From Octopus sinensis (taxonomy: Eukaryota): a stretch of DNA of 64,000 nt. Location of the stretch: contig NC_042997.1 in NCBI RefSeq assembly GCF_006345805.1, positions 72,044,001 to 72,108,000 of the forward strand. Reading direction: 5' to 3'. The position numbers and the translations under genes were made by a program. The notes under the pieces are model-generated. The model ran no database searches. It was not told the DNA's origin and worked only from the letters and a program-made list of their open reading frames with translations. Positions 27,783-41,630 of the stretch are shown in pieces (the stretch's first letter is position 1; the number at the start of each line of letters is the position of its first letter).

Positions 27783-27852
<70 letters not shown>

Positions 27853-27854
27853 TT

Positions 27855-28058
27855 TTCTATAGGCACAAGGCCTGAATTTTTTTCAGAGAGGAGGTAGTCG
27901 ATTATATCTACCCCAGTGCGCAAATAGTATTCTTTTCATCGACCTCGAAAGGATGAAAGGCAATGTCGACCTTGGCGGAATTTGAACTCAGAACGTAAAT
28001 ACGGACGAAAAACTGCTAAGCATTTCGCCCGGCGTGCTAACGATTCTGCCAGCTCACT
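27855..28058 (-). mobile_element. SINE family A
   Basis: Same body as 12421-12814. Confidence 0.8.
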
Positions 28059-28339
28059 GCATTAATAATAATAATGCCCTGATAAAGTATCAGAGATGAT
28101 GATGATGATGATGATGATGATAATAGTAATAATAATAGTTTCAAATTTTGGCAAAAGGCTATCAATTTTAGTGGGTGGGAGTTAATGAGTACCTTTAACT
28201 CTAGTACTTCACTAATATTTAGACGAAAGGCAAAGCTGTCCCCTACCGAGATAAATAACAGTTCAGGTACATACCAGCAATTTGTAGTGAAGTGTTTAAT
28301 AAACATTTCTACTACAGACACATGATATAAAATTCTGAG

Positions 28340-28505
28340 AAAAGGGGCTAGTCGATTACAAGGGCCTTGGCGCTCAACTGATACTTAATTAATTGACCCC
28401 GAAAAAATGAAAGACAAACTCGACCTGGGCGGAATTTGAACTCATAACGCATAGCCAGACGAAATGCCGCTACGAATTTTGAATGACATGCTATCGATTC
28501 TGCCA
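28340..28505 (-). mobile_element. SINE family A
   Basis: GACCCCGAAAAAATGAAAGAC..GGCGGAATTTGAACTC. Confidence 0.7.
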
Positions 28506-30668
28506 AAGGTATAATAATAATAATAATAATAATAATTCTTTCCTTATTTTTACCAAAAGGGAAACAGATGAAGAAACATTACAGAGATACGCCACAAAAA
28601 TGTGTTGGTGTTCACAGTGAAATCGAAGAAAAGAAAGTGGTACTATACACAGTATGCATTCTTATATAATAAAGTTTCTTGAGGAGGATTGCCATCTAGG
28701 ATCAATAATGAACCCCACAGATCCAGAATTATTCTAGCAAATATACCCGCTTACGGCTGTATTCTTTGGGCTACAGGTACATGCTGAAAGTAGGACCACT
28801 CACACCGGCTATATTCGATATTTACTGATACAACCAATTTCAACAAATTTACTTTCCGCCATCACATTCCTCTCCAAGTAGAATTTGAAAGACTTGATGA
28901 GGATCTGATTAGAGAGGAAGGCGCTGTGATTTCTGCATTTAGATATATATATAAAAAGACCAACAATGAATGCAATGATACTAAAATAAAATCATATTCG
29001 TCAATCAATAAATTTTATACAATGAAAGGATTCTTGGTGAATTGGCTGAACGTGTAAAGTCAAAATTCATGTAAGAATCGTGGAGGTGATGAATAAAAAT
29101 GGAGAAAGAAATCACTTTCTCTGATGTGTTACAATCAAGCAATAGTTTTTTCGAGAAAATTTGTTTTGTCATTCGGTTTTTAACGAAGAATCAAATACCT
29201 AACACGAATAAAACATTTTTCTACCTAAAAATTATCTTATTGGCAAAAACTCATTTCCTTTTAGGTTCAATAAGCTTTCATTTTATTGCCAGTCGTTCTA
29301 TATTCTTAAATCGAAAGATTATTGAATCGGCAAGAGTCCCCACTTTCTATTCAATTCTGCCTTTCGAGTCCAGCACATCATCTCAAGAAAAGTCCTTGAT
29401 CTCGAATCTACTGAACGCTCGACAGCAATATTCGAACTCTGAACGACTGTGTGGAGGGTGGTGTCATCGCTCTTGTACGCATCTAGCTGGCGGCCATTCT
29501 GGTCCTGTAGAGCTTTCATTTCAAACCAACCATGACACACTCTTCTCAGTGTTTGTGGAAGCCCAAGGAAGGAAGTGAGCCATAGTCCCAAGTGCTTAGT
29601 CTTTCGTAATAGATTAGTTAGTAAATTCTCTTCGATAGCCATCTCATTGAGAACGCCGTCACATTTCTCCACATCTAATCCTCACTAGAAAACTAGCATG
29701 ATAGCATAGTCCCGGGAACAGAGAGGCAAGTGCACCTCATAAAACTTTTGTTGGATGCAAAATCAAGATTTGCACCCCTACTTACTTTTCTCGAGTTTAG
29801 AAAACCCGAGTGTGTGAAAAGTGATCTGTAAAAAGTAGCTTGAAGTTAGGTTTCTTCTCAAAGAACAAGCAACAAACATAAATATGTAAAAGAAACACAA
29901 TAAGATCTTGTTTGTAAAAAATTTTGAATCTGAGTTTGCACACCTAAAACGAATTTCGCTCCCGAGCCAGTGCATGTTAGTTGTACCAGACTAAAGCAGA
30001 TACATCCAAAGTTATTGAGTTTGGGATGTCTTACAAAGTACCAACTCAAAACAAAACTTTGCGCTCGATAGTACAATAAAGTAGTGTTACAAAAAATAAT
30101 AAGACAAGAAGAATGATTTATGTTATTTAATGCAAAGGAGAAATGAGGTGAAGAGATGTTCATACTTTTAGTAAGAGAATTGATAATATAAGAGATGAAA
30201 TGGTTTACATCTGGTTTGAAACTGCACCGCAGTCTATCATGTAGGATTACTGCGAGCTTAACCACATGCTGTGACGACGATAAATCTGGGCACCTGTGAA
30301 TGCCTAGAAAGAGCTGCTATAAATAACGCTGTAGACAGTGTAGCGTAGAAATGATTAAGGGATACAGACTCGGGATTTCAGTAAAATCTAAAAGGGGAAA
30401 TGTTACAGGTGCTTGCTACCCTTCGTTTACTCTCCTTCCCTATCACAAGAAGTGAATGACCTGGACGATAAATAGTAACATAGGGAAATCACATTTGATT
30501 ATGTGGAGTAGACGTTGATAAGGGTCTACTGCATAATGAGATTTAATACTCTACAGGAGGATGGAGGTAAATAGATTTATCCTTCATCAACGGTAGAATG
30601 TACCACTTTAACAGCGTTACTGAAGGGATGTCAACGAGCTAAGAACGAAAACACAAAGTATCTTTTAC

Positions 30669-30705
<37 letters not shown>

Positions 30706-31706
30706 ATGTGCTCGTAATATTAAACACATTGCACTCATTTAAGCAACAATTTATGATCTTAGACGAATAACAAAACAATGATAACACACGAAACGGGTAT
30801 TTAGCGATAGCTGCGTAACTACGTTACTGGTTGATTATATTACATTTTGATTGATAATGCGATCGCTCGCCAAATAAAGATTTTCTAGTTCCGTCAGGAG
30901 CTTGGTTTGTAGCTTACTTTCAATATGAAATTATTGCTTATACAGATAGACAGACAGACAGAGAAAGGGAGAAAGAAAAAGAGAGAGGGGGAGACAGAAA
31001 GAGAAAGAACAGATAGAAACATATAGAGGGAGAGAACAGAGAGGGACACATACACAACACAAATTCACTTTCCTATTTCCAACAAAGTGCAATTTAAAAT
31101 TAGTTTATTTACCATAAGCACCACCACACCCAACACACACACACGCGCACACACACACACACACACGCACGCATACAAGTACAACACCCCCACCTCCAGT
31201 GGTATTGAACTCTTGACCCAAAAGATCCCGATACTTTAGCTACACTTTCATTTGGCCTAATTATATCCAGCGTATAAAACAATAAACATCGGACTTGTAC
31301 AATACTCGGAACCAATTAATGTCACTTTTATAATCAGCTGTTTTTATCAGTATTTGATTGGATGTGTTGGGAAAAGTGATTAAAAGATGTTCATCTCTTT
31401 ACTAAAGGGATTAACAATGCAAGTAAAATAGTGAGGGACCAGTAATCGAACATGGAGCTCAAAATTATCTCATTCACAGGAGTTTACCGCTTACGCTACG
31501 CACACGTTATATTGTTATTAAACATTGTTTAAACACACACGCACATGCACACACACACACACACATACACATACACACAAATACACACACTCATAAACAC
31601 GCATACACACATAAACATAGGTATGACTATATATGTTTATATATATCCATATATATGTATCTCTACATGTACTACATGCATATTACATGTGTGTGTGTGT
31701 GTAAAC

Positions 31707-31781
<75 letters not shown>

Positions 31782-31843
31782 ACATACATATGTGTATGTA
31801 TGTTTACATATCTCTATGAATGTTTGTAGATGCGGGTGTGTGC

Positions 31844-31886
<43 letters not shown>

Positions 31887-32593
31887 GAAGACAGAATAAA
31901 GGAAGATCAAGAAAAAGTCAGGCATATGTTTCTGTGTATGAGAGTGTGTGTTAGTGTGTGCATGTGTGCGTTTGTGCTGTGTTTGTGTATATGTGTATAA
32001 GTTTATCTGAGTGTATAAGTTTGTCTGTGTATATAAGAGTGTGTGTGGTTATTACAGTATATGTAATATAGTTGTACATCTGAACTGCAGACTGTTTGTA
32101 TACAAATATATTTCTCACTGAAAGTATTCACAACCGGTACACAGTTATATATGTAACGCAGAGTATAAGAGCTGCGGCAAAGCATGTGAAAAAACAGGTA
32201 CATCAAACTGAATTGAATAGAAATGTATAATGATACCAAACACCTACACACTTATACACACAGATCCGCACACATAGATATGTGTGTGTATGCTTGTATT
32301 TGTGTGTGGAAGTTAATCCCTGATTGAGTAAATACAAGTTACCTACCTCTAACTGAGTAAAACACACAGGCCTCGTCCTCATGATAATTCTGTTTGATAC
32401 CGGTCCTTGTTAATGTTTTCCGTGCACAGTTTGGACGTTGGTAGTTATATAGATATAATGCATATATATATAATATGCATATCAGTCATATATGTAAATG
32501 CATATCGGTATGTATGTATGTCTATATACACGCATAGGTTTCTACATGAAGCGTAAACTTGTTGTTGTGTATACACAAAAAATATATTCCTAA

Positions 32594-32624
<31 letters not shown>

Positions 32625-32825
32625 TGGATGGATGGATTGATGGATGTATGGATGGATGGATGATTACTATGTTTTTGTTTACACTTCCTATTAGCTTACC
32701 TTGCCGGCTTCTAACTTCTATCGCAATGTTGAAGTATGCATATATGAAGCTCCATGTGTTTTTATGTGCTTGTATGCTTATAGGTATGCATATATATATG
32801 TGTGTGTGTGGTGTGTGTGTGTGTA

Positions 32826-32862
<37 letters not shown>

Positions 32863-33799
32863 ACAGACAGACAGACAGACAGACTGACAGAGTGAAAGCT
32901 GGAGGAATTGTGTATGTGTGTGAGTGCGTGTGAAATTGTATGTTTATGTTGTGAATACTATTTGCAAATGCATTACTGAAACCAAACATAACATGGTTCG
33001 ATGCTTTGTCTCTCTCTCTCTCTCTCTCTCCCTCTGTCTATCTAACTTGTTTTTATTCTTGTGTGTGTGTGTATAGTTGCCTTCATATGTAAGTATATGT
33101 AGGACTGTCTAACTATCTGTATAACTGCCTATATATATCCATGTCAACCAACATGTTGTTCGTGGTGGTTGTGGTGATGGTGGTGGTGTTGTTGGAGGTT
33201 ATTTTGTTCTTATTTATGTACGTGCCCGCGCGTTGCTTCTAGTCTGTGCGTCCGTGTCTGTATTTTGTAATCTGTGCTCTGTATACATCTGTATAAATTA
33301 TAAAAAGTGTGCGTCTTTAAGTCTCGGTAGGTATGAGCGAGTATGTATGTGTTTGTATCAACAGTGTGTGTTTGCGATGGGAATGCGTGTGGTAGGTGAT
33401 AGAAAGTTTTCCTCCAGATTTTGTACATGTGTGTGTGTTTGTGTGTATGTGTGCATGTGAATGTTTTCTAAAAGTTCTCCCGTTTTCTTTTTCAAAAGTC
33501 CGTGCCGGTTCTTTCAGAAGATCCCACCTTCCGTAACAAGTTTTTGAGGGATTTTGTTTTGTTTCTTTAGGAGGGAACTTAAAAAACAAAACCGCGGAGC
33601 CACGGCTAAGCTAAAGAAAATAGCTTCTACTACACCAACACTAACAGCAACACGAACAACAACTACAACTACAAACTGTAATTAAGTATATAATAACGTT
33701 CACTGCAGTCACCCAACACACGACTCTCAGATAACACACAAACACACACTAACTCGGCCTCCCTGTCTCACTTTTTTTCTTCCCCTTGTTTTCTTCTAT

Positions 33800-33881
33800 T
33801 TCTCTCTCTCTCTCCCTCTCTCCCTCTCTCTCTCTCTCAGTTCATTTGTCAGCTTGTTTCTCGCTTGCTCGCCCTCGTACC

Positions 33882-33944
<63 letters not shown>

Positions 33945-34030
33945 TCTCTCTCTCTCTTCTCTCTCTTCTCTCTCTTCTCTCTCTCTCTCCCTCTCTCTCT
34001 CTCTCGCTCTCTCTCTCTATATATATATCT
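33800..34030. repeat. (CT)n polypyrimidine microsatellite
   Basis: Directly visible. Confidence 0.9.
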
Positions 34031-34416
34031 ACCTTTCTATGTAACTATATATATATATACACACACTCACTAGAAAATCAACATCACTATCAACATTAAT
34101 ATCCTCACCCACATCACTATTATTATATATTATAATCTCCACAACTTAGGAACAACAACTATTACGTGATCTTTTGATGTTTGTATGTGTGTATGTGTGT
34201 GTGTAAGAAAATGTGAAACAATTTGCATCTTGGTGAAAATGAAAGATAAACAAATAATCGTTAACAATCGGCAAACATCGTCAACAATGAAAGCATTAGC
34301 CGTAAAATGTGAATTTTATTTCATTTTATTTCAATGCCTTTTTTACTGTTGCACGACTGAAGATTGGTGGGGGAAACTACGAAATCATCTTCGGTTCATA
34401 ACTCGCTTAGGAAGCA

Positions 34417-34455
<39 letters not shown>

Positions 34456-36156
34456 CCTCCATCTCTCGCCCCCTTTCTCTTATTCACTCTTTCTCTCAAT
34501 TGTTTGCTCTCTCATTCTCTCTCTCTCTCTCTCTTGGAATCACAGCTATACATGCATATATACATACGTACGTACATACATACAGGTATGTATACATACA
34601 TACATATATACATACATACATACATACATACATACATACATACATACATACATACATGCTTACATACTTACATGCATACATACATGCAGGTATCCATACA
34701 TACATGTATACATAATACAAAAATACATACATACATATCGCTCGCTCTCGCTGACAATTAGTGCTTTCCTTTCACTTTCAGTCGGTGCCATTTGTTTCCC
34801 TTTGTCCCTATTATCTCCAACTACCGACGCAACCACTTTTACAACTAACAAGGGAGTTTCTACGCGATTACTTGAACTGCTAGTGCAGCACCCAAATGTG
34901 CCCCAAAATACGGCTGTTACCCTCAAAAAAGAAGGACAGTGAGTACGCTATACTGAAAACAAACAGGGATAGTCCAGAATGAATGTCTTTGATCGTGTTC
35001 TGTTTTACAAAGACCGACCTTGGGTTTAAGCAACAACAGATTTTTTTACCACCACCACCATCACCACCACCACTACCACAACTTTTCCTTCAGATACCAC
35101 AACTCTATAGCATATAGCTTACATTGTTCATCTCCAAGCTCGGAAACAACTACATGATCACACACACACAAACACACATGTACGAAATCTACCAGATTGG
35201 AGGGGAAGGGTTCGTCAGTTAACTCATCCTCACTATTTGAAATGGAAACCAGAGCGTGAAATACCATAACTAAATACTGTAAGTAAATAATTGTTGCTAA
35301 TATAGGTACAAATCCTAAAATTTGGTGAAGGAAGCGTGGGAGTAGTCGATTCTTATCAATCCCAGATTTTAATTATTGCTTTATTTTATCGACTCTGTGT
35401 GTAGCAGCTGGATTGTCTACATTGGACGCTGAGCTTTAAAGTTTTCTGGTATAACTTTGTGGTCTTACGGGATCACGAGGACAGCATGTCTGAGCCATCT
35501 CACCTGATCACATAACGCCAAATGTTACTTTTGTGCTTATCACTCACCATTATTTTGCCACAAAGCCAGAAATCGACATTGCCGACATCACTCATCGTGA
35601 TCTTGAGTTCCTCTTTCTACAAAACCAGCAAGTGAGCAGGTGGATTGCCTAATATTAGTAATTTTGCACCTTAATTACTCCGTCTCTCGGTGAGGGATAT
35701 TTCACTAAAACTATCTGCAAGATCTGTCTCCAATTCCCGTTTGGATTGGACCAGAAGAACCCGTTGTCTTTCTCAAGTCAGAAGTACGTTACCTTTCTCC
35801 TCTCGCGGGCCTCTGTAACAGATTATGGAAAACTGACACCAATTCGATGTTTCTAACATTCGAACTTTCGGGGAAAATGTTTCGTTTCGAGAGTTTTCAG
35901 TTGAATAAAGCATTAACAAAAAGCACTTTTTCGTTGTTCGTATTTACACCCGAAGCAGTACGTACGTGCATACTCCTGTTGTTGTTGACAAGATTATTTC
36001 TCAGTTGAGATAAATGTTATTAATATTTTTCTTACAATTAAATTTTGCATGCTGTTTTTCGGTTGGTTTCTGCGTGTGAAACATTATTTTGTACATTTTC
36101 AGTTTTTTTCTTTGGGAATGAGACGTGAAATGTTTATGGCCATCAGCAGCGAATAA

Positions 36157-36217
<61 letters not shown>

Positions 36218-36235
36218 TGTAGTAGTAGTAGTAGT

Positions 36236-36422
36236 TTCTACTATAGGCACAAGGCCTGAACTTTTCGGTGAGGTAGTTAGTCGATTACGTCGACCGGAGT
36301 GCTCCACTGGTATTTATGTTATGGCTCCGAAAGGATGAAAGGCTAAGCCGACCTCACCGGAATTTGTACTCAGAAGGTGAAAACGGACGAAATGTCGCTC
36401 AGTACTTTGCCAGCTCGCCGCC
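36236..36422 (-). mobile_element. SINE family A, adjacent to a (TAG)n tract
   Basis: TTTCTACTATAGGCACAAGGCCTGAA..CGAAAGGATGAAAGGC..GGAATTTGTACTC. Confidence 0.75.
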
Positions 36423-36681
36423 TCAAATAATAACTGTAATAATAACAATCAGTCTTTTTTCATCAACCATCACACCCTCAAAACTCAAGCGTTTATTAAA
36501 TATGGAGAGAAATAAAAGGATTTGTCACGACAAGGGTTGTTTAAAAAAATACGAAATATTTAAAAGTAGTAACTGAAATGTACAAAAATTATGAAAGTAC
36601 ATAATACCACCTCCCGCGCGTGCGCGCGCACACACATGCACACACGCATATATATATATACCGCTATATAGAAAGACAGAC

Positions 36682-36734
<53 letters not shown>

Positions 36735-37062
36735 CATAGACGCATCCATACGTAGATGCATCCATACGTACATACATACATGTGCTTGTCTGTGGGTGCA
36801 TAGGAATGTATATATGTGTGTGTGTGTACAAATACATATATACAGAGACACACACACTCACACACACACAGGCAGCTATAAATTTACCTAAGTAACTCGA
36901 GGGCCGAGCGTTTTGTGTGTTATACTTATCAAACTTGCACTTCCCAAGTGCAACTCACGAAATTCATTTTACTTCTCCCTACATCACCCCTCGCTCCCCT
37001 CACAGTCTTTCTTGACTTTCTCGTATTCTCTTTAAAGCAGCCATAACATTAGCCTCTATAGC

Positions 37063-37255
37063 ATTGGTTCTCAATCATTTTTTGCCTATGGAACCCTCTG
37101 ATTCCTATTTTACTGTATGGACCGCCATAGTTATTCGATTTCTTTGAAAAAAAAAACATTCTACTTTATTTTTATGATTAAATATTATAAGGAATTGTCT
37201 AAAAACAAGATTAAAATATTTTGTGCATTGTATAAGTATATGCAATTTATTTATC
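37063..37255 (+). mobile_element. Partial hAT-type MITE
   Basis: CATTGGTTCTCAATC start and body similar to 51198-51455; right TIR absent. Confidence 0.5.
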
Positions 37256-37257
37256 TT

Positions 37258-37515
37258 TTATCTTCTACCTGTTTCAGTCTTTCGATCGCGGTCATGTTGG
37301 GGCACCGCCTTGAAGAATTTTTAGCTGAATGAATCGACCCCAGGACTTTATTTTGTTAAACCTGGTACTTATTCTATTCTTCTTTTTTGCTGAACGGCTA
37401 AGTTTCGGCGATGTAAACACACCAACACCAGTTTTGAAGCAGTGGGGAGTGGGCAGACACAGACACATATACGCATAGATATATATATATATTATATATA
37501 TATATATATATATGC

Positions 37516-37547
<32 letters not shown>

Positions 37548-37760
37548 ATGTATGTATATATGTATATGTGTATGTGTGTGTATGTATGTATGTATATATA
37601 TATATACGACGGGCTTTCAGTTTCCGCCTACCAAATCCACTCACAAGACTTTGGTCGGCCTGAGGCTAAAGTAGAAATCATCTACCCAAGGTGTCACACA
37701 GTGGGACTGAACAAGGAACCATATGGTTGGAAAGCGAAGTTTTTACCACACAGTCATTTT
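37258..37760 (-). mobile_element. SINE family B
   Basis: TTTCAGTCTTTCGATCGCGGTCATGTTGGGGCACCGCC..microsatellite..ACGACGGGCTTTCAGTTTCCGCCTACCAAATCCACTCACAAG. Confidence 0.8.
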
Positions 37761-39055
37761 AACAACCAAGTCATGTATGGAGCCCCAAGGGCTTTATGAA
37801 ACCTGGGTGAGATCCGCCGTTCTATTGCTACTCTATCTAGATATGCTAGACTTTTAAATCCTCTAAGCAAATCAGTTCGTTGTAATTTTTTATTCTCCAA
37901 ACTTTTGTAGACAAACAATTCCCCGCAAATACCTCTGTGATTGTTCATAGTTTTTCTATCTTGGGTATTCTACGTATGTTTCTTTTTACTTCCATTGTGA
38001 ATATACATTGTTGCACAACACTGCTACTAATTTAGTTGCTGCTAGTGTGCACAGTAATAAAGAAGTAACAATGAACGAATTATACAATAAATGAACGAAA
38101 CTTAAAGAAATAAATATTTGAAGAGAATAACAGCGAAAATGTCACGATGATTTTTTTTGTTAAATATATAAAATGAAACTTCAAAGTTTCAATAAAATCT
38201 TTTATTGAAAGTTTTCAATTAAAAAAAGTCCTAATAGTTGTCGAAATGTTTCATATGACATATGGGGTTTGTGAAACAAAAAATTTAAGAAATATCAAAA
38301 AATAAGTGAAGTTTGATCAAAATCTGCAGAGATATTTGCTTCATATTTAGGTGGACTGTCACTAAATTTGAAGCTAGAGTTTGTTGCAGTGGATAAAACG
38401 TGCAACAAATAAAACACTTGGTGGACGTTGCACAATCCACCTGGCGTTATATTCCGCTCTAATCAGAAGTCTTTTACATTTCAGCTTGTAAACGCATGAG
38501 AAAATTTGATAATTTGTGTCGGTAATTATGAATGGGCACAAATGACAAAGATACGTAAGAGAGACAAATCAAATAAGAATTTAACTAGTGTCAGCTCTCA
38601 CACTGTGATTCTTGGCAGTTTCGATATTTTTATATAGATTAACATTCAAGAATCTAAGTGTGTTTTATTCTTCCGCATCGTACTTATTTGTCTTGTCTCG
38701 TATTATTTATACCATAATTGGTATAATTTTTTGTCTTTGCCCAAATCGTTAGTATTAACCTTATTTCTCCCATTTCCTTGCCTTTTCACCGCCTCACTAG
38801 CTGAGACTCTATTAAAATGGTTTTGCGTCTCATCCTGACTGCAGTCGTAGTCTAGTAACTATATCCAACTATGTCCGGGCGTTATTAAGGCAGAGGTTCT
38901 ACATGAAGATATCGAAACTACCAAGAATTTAAGCATGGGAACTGATGCTGGTTAAATTCTTATTTGTTCTGTTTCTGTTACATATCTTTATCATTTGTAC
39001 CCATTCATAATTAGCGGCAGAAAGAGTCAATTTACTCACACGATGGACTTCATTG

Positions 39056-39092
<37 letters not shown>

Positions 39093-39171
39093 TACATCGG
39101 TCCATCGAGTGATGATACTAATTCTTCTTCATTTGTGAAGTTTTGAATAACAACTGAAAAGAAAATGTTTA

Positions 39172-39500
39172 TCTCTTATTATAAAAGGCAGATTTTATCT
39201 GCCTCCCTTTGGGAGTTATACAAATCTACAATATAGGATTTCTTCAATTACAATTTACCTAGCAATTTTAAGAGTACAATGCATCGCGTCATGCCAGGTC
39301 CAGTTTTAAAAATTTAAACTCCAATTAAGCAAAATTTACAGAAAACTCACATTCTGGTGTGTGTGTCAAATGCTTTTCTTAGTCTGGTTTACACCACACG
39401 CAAACGCACACACACAGTGGGCAAGGAATAAAATGAAAGTAATTCACTTACTGTAGTGAGTGATTCTTTCACTCTGCTTCCCACTTCCTCTTTACACATA
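39172..39500 (+). mobile_element. Helitron-like 5' module, copy 1
   Basis: A|TCTCTTATTATAAAAGGCAGATTTTATCTGCC start (TC after A, subterminal hairpin). Near-identical to 39829 and 42653. No 3' CTAG seen. Confidence 0.55.
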
Positions 39501-39828
39501 GAAAAAACTTTTATTTTTTTACATAAGTAATGAGAGCGAAAGAGACTAAGAGAAAGCGATTGTATGACGAGGGAAGTTCCTTTCAAGTTACCGTGCATGG
39601 GACTCATTGATGTACATGTGTGTGTGTGTGTGTGTTTGATGGAGTGTGGGAGACAGACAGTATGTTGTGTAAGTGAAGTGCTTCTGTTAGTGTGTGTGAA
39701 GAGACAGAGAGAGTAATGTGTGAAAGAGAGAGATAACTGAAATTTTTTACTCGGTTTATGTGTATATGTATGTATGCATGTATGTGTGTGTGTGTGTGTG
39801 TGTATGTATGTGTGTGTGTATGTATGTA

Positions 39829-40155
39829 TCTCTTATTATAAAAGGCAGATTTTATCTGCCTCCCTTTGGGAGTTATACAAATCTACAATATAGGATTTCT
39901 TCAATTACAATTTACCTAGTAGTTTTGAGAGTACAATGCATCGCGTCATGCCAGGTCCAGTTTTAAAATTTAAACTCCAATTAAGCAAAATTTACAGAAA
40001 ACTCACATTCTGGTGTGTGTGTCAAATGCTTTTCTTAGTCTGGTTTACACCACACGCAAACGCACACACAACAGTGGGCAACGAATAAAATGATACTAAT
40101 TCACTTACTGTAGTGAGTGATTCTTCAACTGCTCCCACTTCTTCTTTCCACACAT
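39829..40155 (+). mobile_element. Helitron-like 5' module, copy 2
   Basis: Near-identical to 39172-39500. Confidence 0.55.
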
Positions 40156-40328
40156 ACACACGCAAATAATAAATAAAATTGTAAGCTAACGTGGTGTGTG
40201 TGAGGTGTGTGTGTGCGCGTGGTGTGTGTGTGACGGTGCGTGTGTGTGTGTGTGTGCGTGTGCGTGAGTGTGTGACAGGAAAGTTTTTTTAGACGAATAT
40301 AACACCTATATCCAAGTAGCAGAAAGAT

Positions 40329-40512
40329 AAGACAGTAAGGTGTGATTTGAGGGAGATTTGGCTGCTATTTCTACCATGTCTAGCTGCCATGTAGGGGTCT
40401 CCCTCATAGGCTCATACATACATATATACATAGATAAGACAGTAAGGTGTGATTTGGGGGAAATTTTGCTGCTATTTCTACCAGGTCTAGCTACCATGTA
40501 GAGGTCCCCCTC
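40329..40512. repeat. Imperfect direct duplication of a ~80-bp repeat
   Basis: AGATAAGACAGTAAGGTGTGATTTG..GCTGCTATTTCTACCA.GTCTAGCT.CCATGTAG occurs twice, separated by (CATA)n. Confidence 0.85.
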
Positions 40513-40514
40513 AA

Positions 40515-40740
40515 TTCTTTTATTCTTCTGCTTTTTCCAGCCATTGCTCTGTAGCCATGCTGGGGCAATGCCTTGAAGAATTGTAGTTTAATGAATCAAC
40601 TCCAGTTTTATTTTTGTAAGCATTGTACTTATTCTATCTGTTTCCTTTGTCAAACCACTAGGTGACAGGGATGTAAACAAACCAACATTCGTTGTCAAGC
40701 AGTGGTGGAGGACAATCACAAGCACAGACACGCACACACA
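40515..40740 (-). mobile_element. SINE family B, 3' part
   Basis: Matches the tail of 37258-37760. Confidence 0.7.
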
Positions 40741-40765
40741 CACATACATGCATACACATATACAC

Positions 40766-40800
<35 letters not shown>

Positions 40801-40820
40801 TATATATGTGTATATATATA

Positions 40821-41140
40821 TTGCAGCGTGGAAGGTGTTTGTAAGCCATTTAAGAAACACACAAAAACCGTTACATTCACTTCAACATTTAAATTTAATT
40901 GCCAAAATATTTTCGTCGCTTTGAGACCGCGACCTGTTCACTGACAAAAATATCGTGCTAACAGGTCGCGGTCTCAAAGCGACGAAAATATTTTGACAAT
41001 TTAATTTAAATGTTGAAGTGAATCTAACGGTTTTTGTGTGTTTCTTAAATGGCTTATAAACACCTTCAACGCTGCAACTGTTTTCGTTCCAGCACACGAT
41101 CTCAGATCAAGTCACTTGCTATGCAAGTACATCTCTGTAA
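40821..41140 (+). mobile_element. Hammerhead fold-back element (family F1), apex partly deleted
   Basis: Palindrome 40821-41077 plus a unique tail to 41140, between (TA)n tracts. Homologous to 45027-45368 in the opposite orientation. Confidence 0.85.
40899..40947 (-). ncRNA. Minimal type I hammerhead, G3-C8 variant
   Basis: TTGTCA GTGAACA G GTCGC GGTCTCAAA GCGAC GAAA A TA TTT TGGCAA. Confidence 0.6.
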
Positions 41141-41179
41141 CTATATATATATATATTTATATATATATATATGTATATT

Positions 41180-41241
41180 GGTAAAAACAGTAAGATAACA
41201 AAAGAAAGAAAGAGACCTCAATATTATGTAAATAGAGGAAA
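41180..41241 (-). mobile_element. Tail of a family F3 element, interrupted by a Helitron
   Basis: TAAAAACAGTAAGATAACAAAAGAAAGA..CCTCAATATTATGTAAATAGAGGAAA matches 58392-58451. Confidence 0.75.
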
Positions 41242-41630
41242 TCTTTATATATAAAAGTGAGGTTGTGTGTCTGTCTCCTACGATTTAGATTCCTAACTAT
41301 ACCCACATTTTGCGGTGCAGTTTAACCAAAACGGGTATCTTATAGTCGTGATTCATATCGAGACCGTCTGGGTATTAGCGCGCGTCTACGATGATTCTAC
41401 GATTTTAAAAAAAATTTACCATCAATTTTTCCCATTTTTAATCCATTTTTGACATATATAAGGGAAGTAACACTCTAAAATTATTAAATCTCAGACGTAA
41501 AAAGCTACAGTAACACCCCTCCCCCTTTTGGTGGTTAGCCATATTGAGATGGCTATTATACTTTACATCTCTAAAAATGCTTATATAATTATTTCCTTAC
41601 AACCCGAGCAACGCCGGGCGATACTGCTAG
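41242..41630 (+). mobile_element. Non-autonomous Helitron
   Basis: A|TC start; 3' hairpin CCCGAGCAACGCCGGG; CTAG|T end. Confidence 0.85.
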
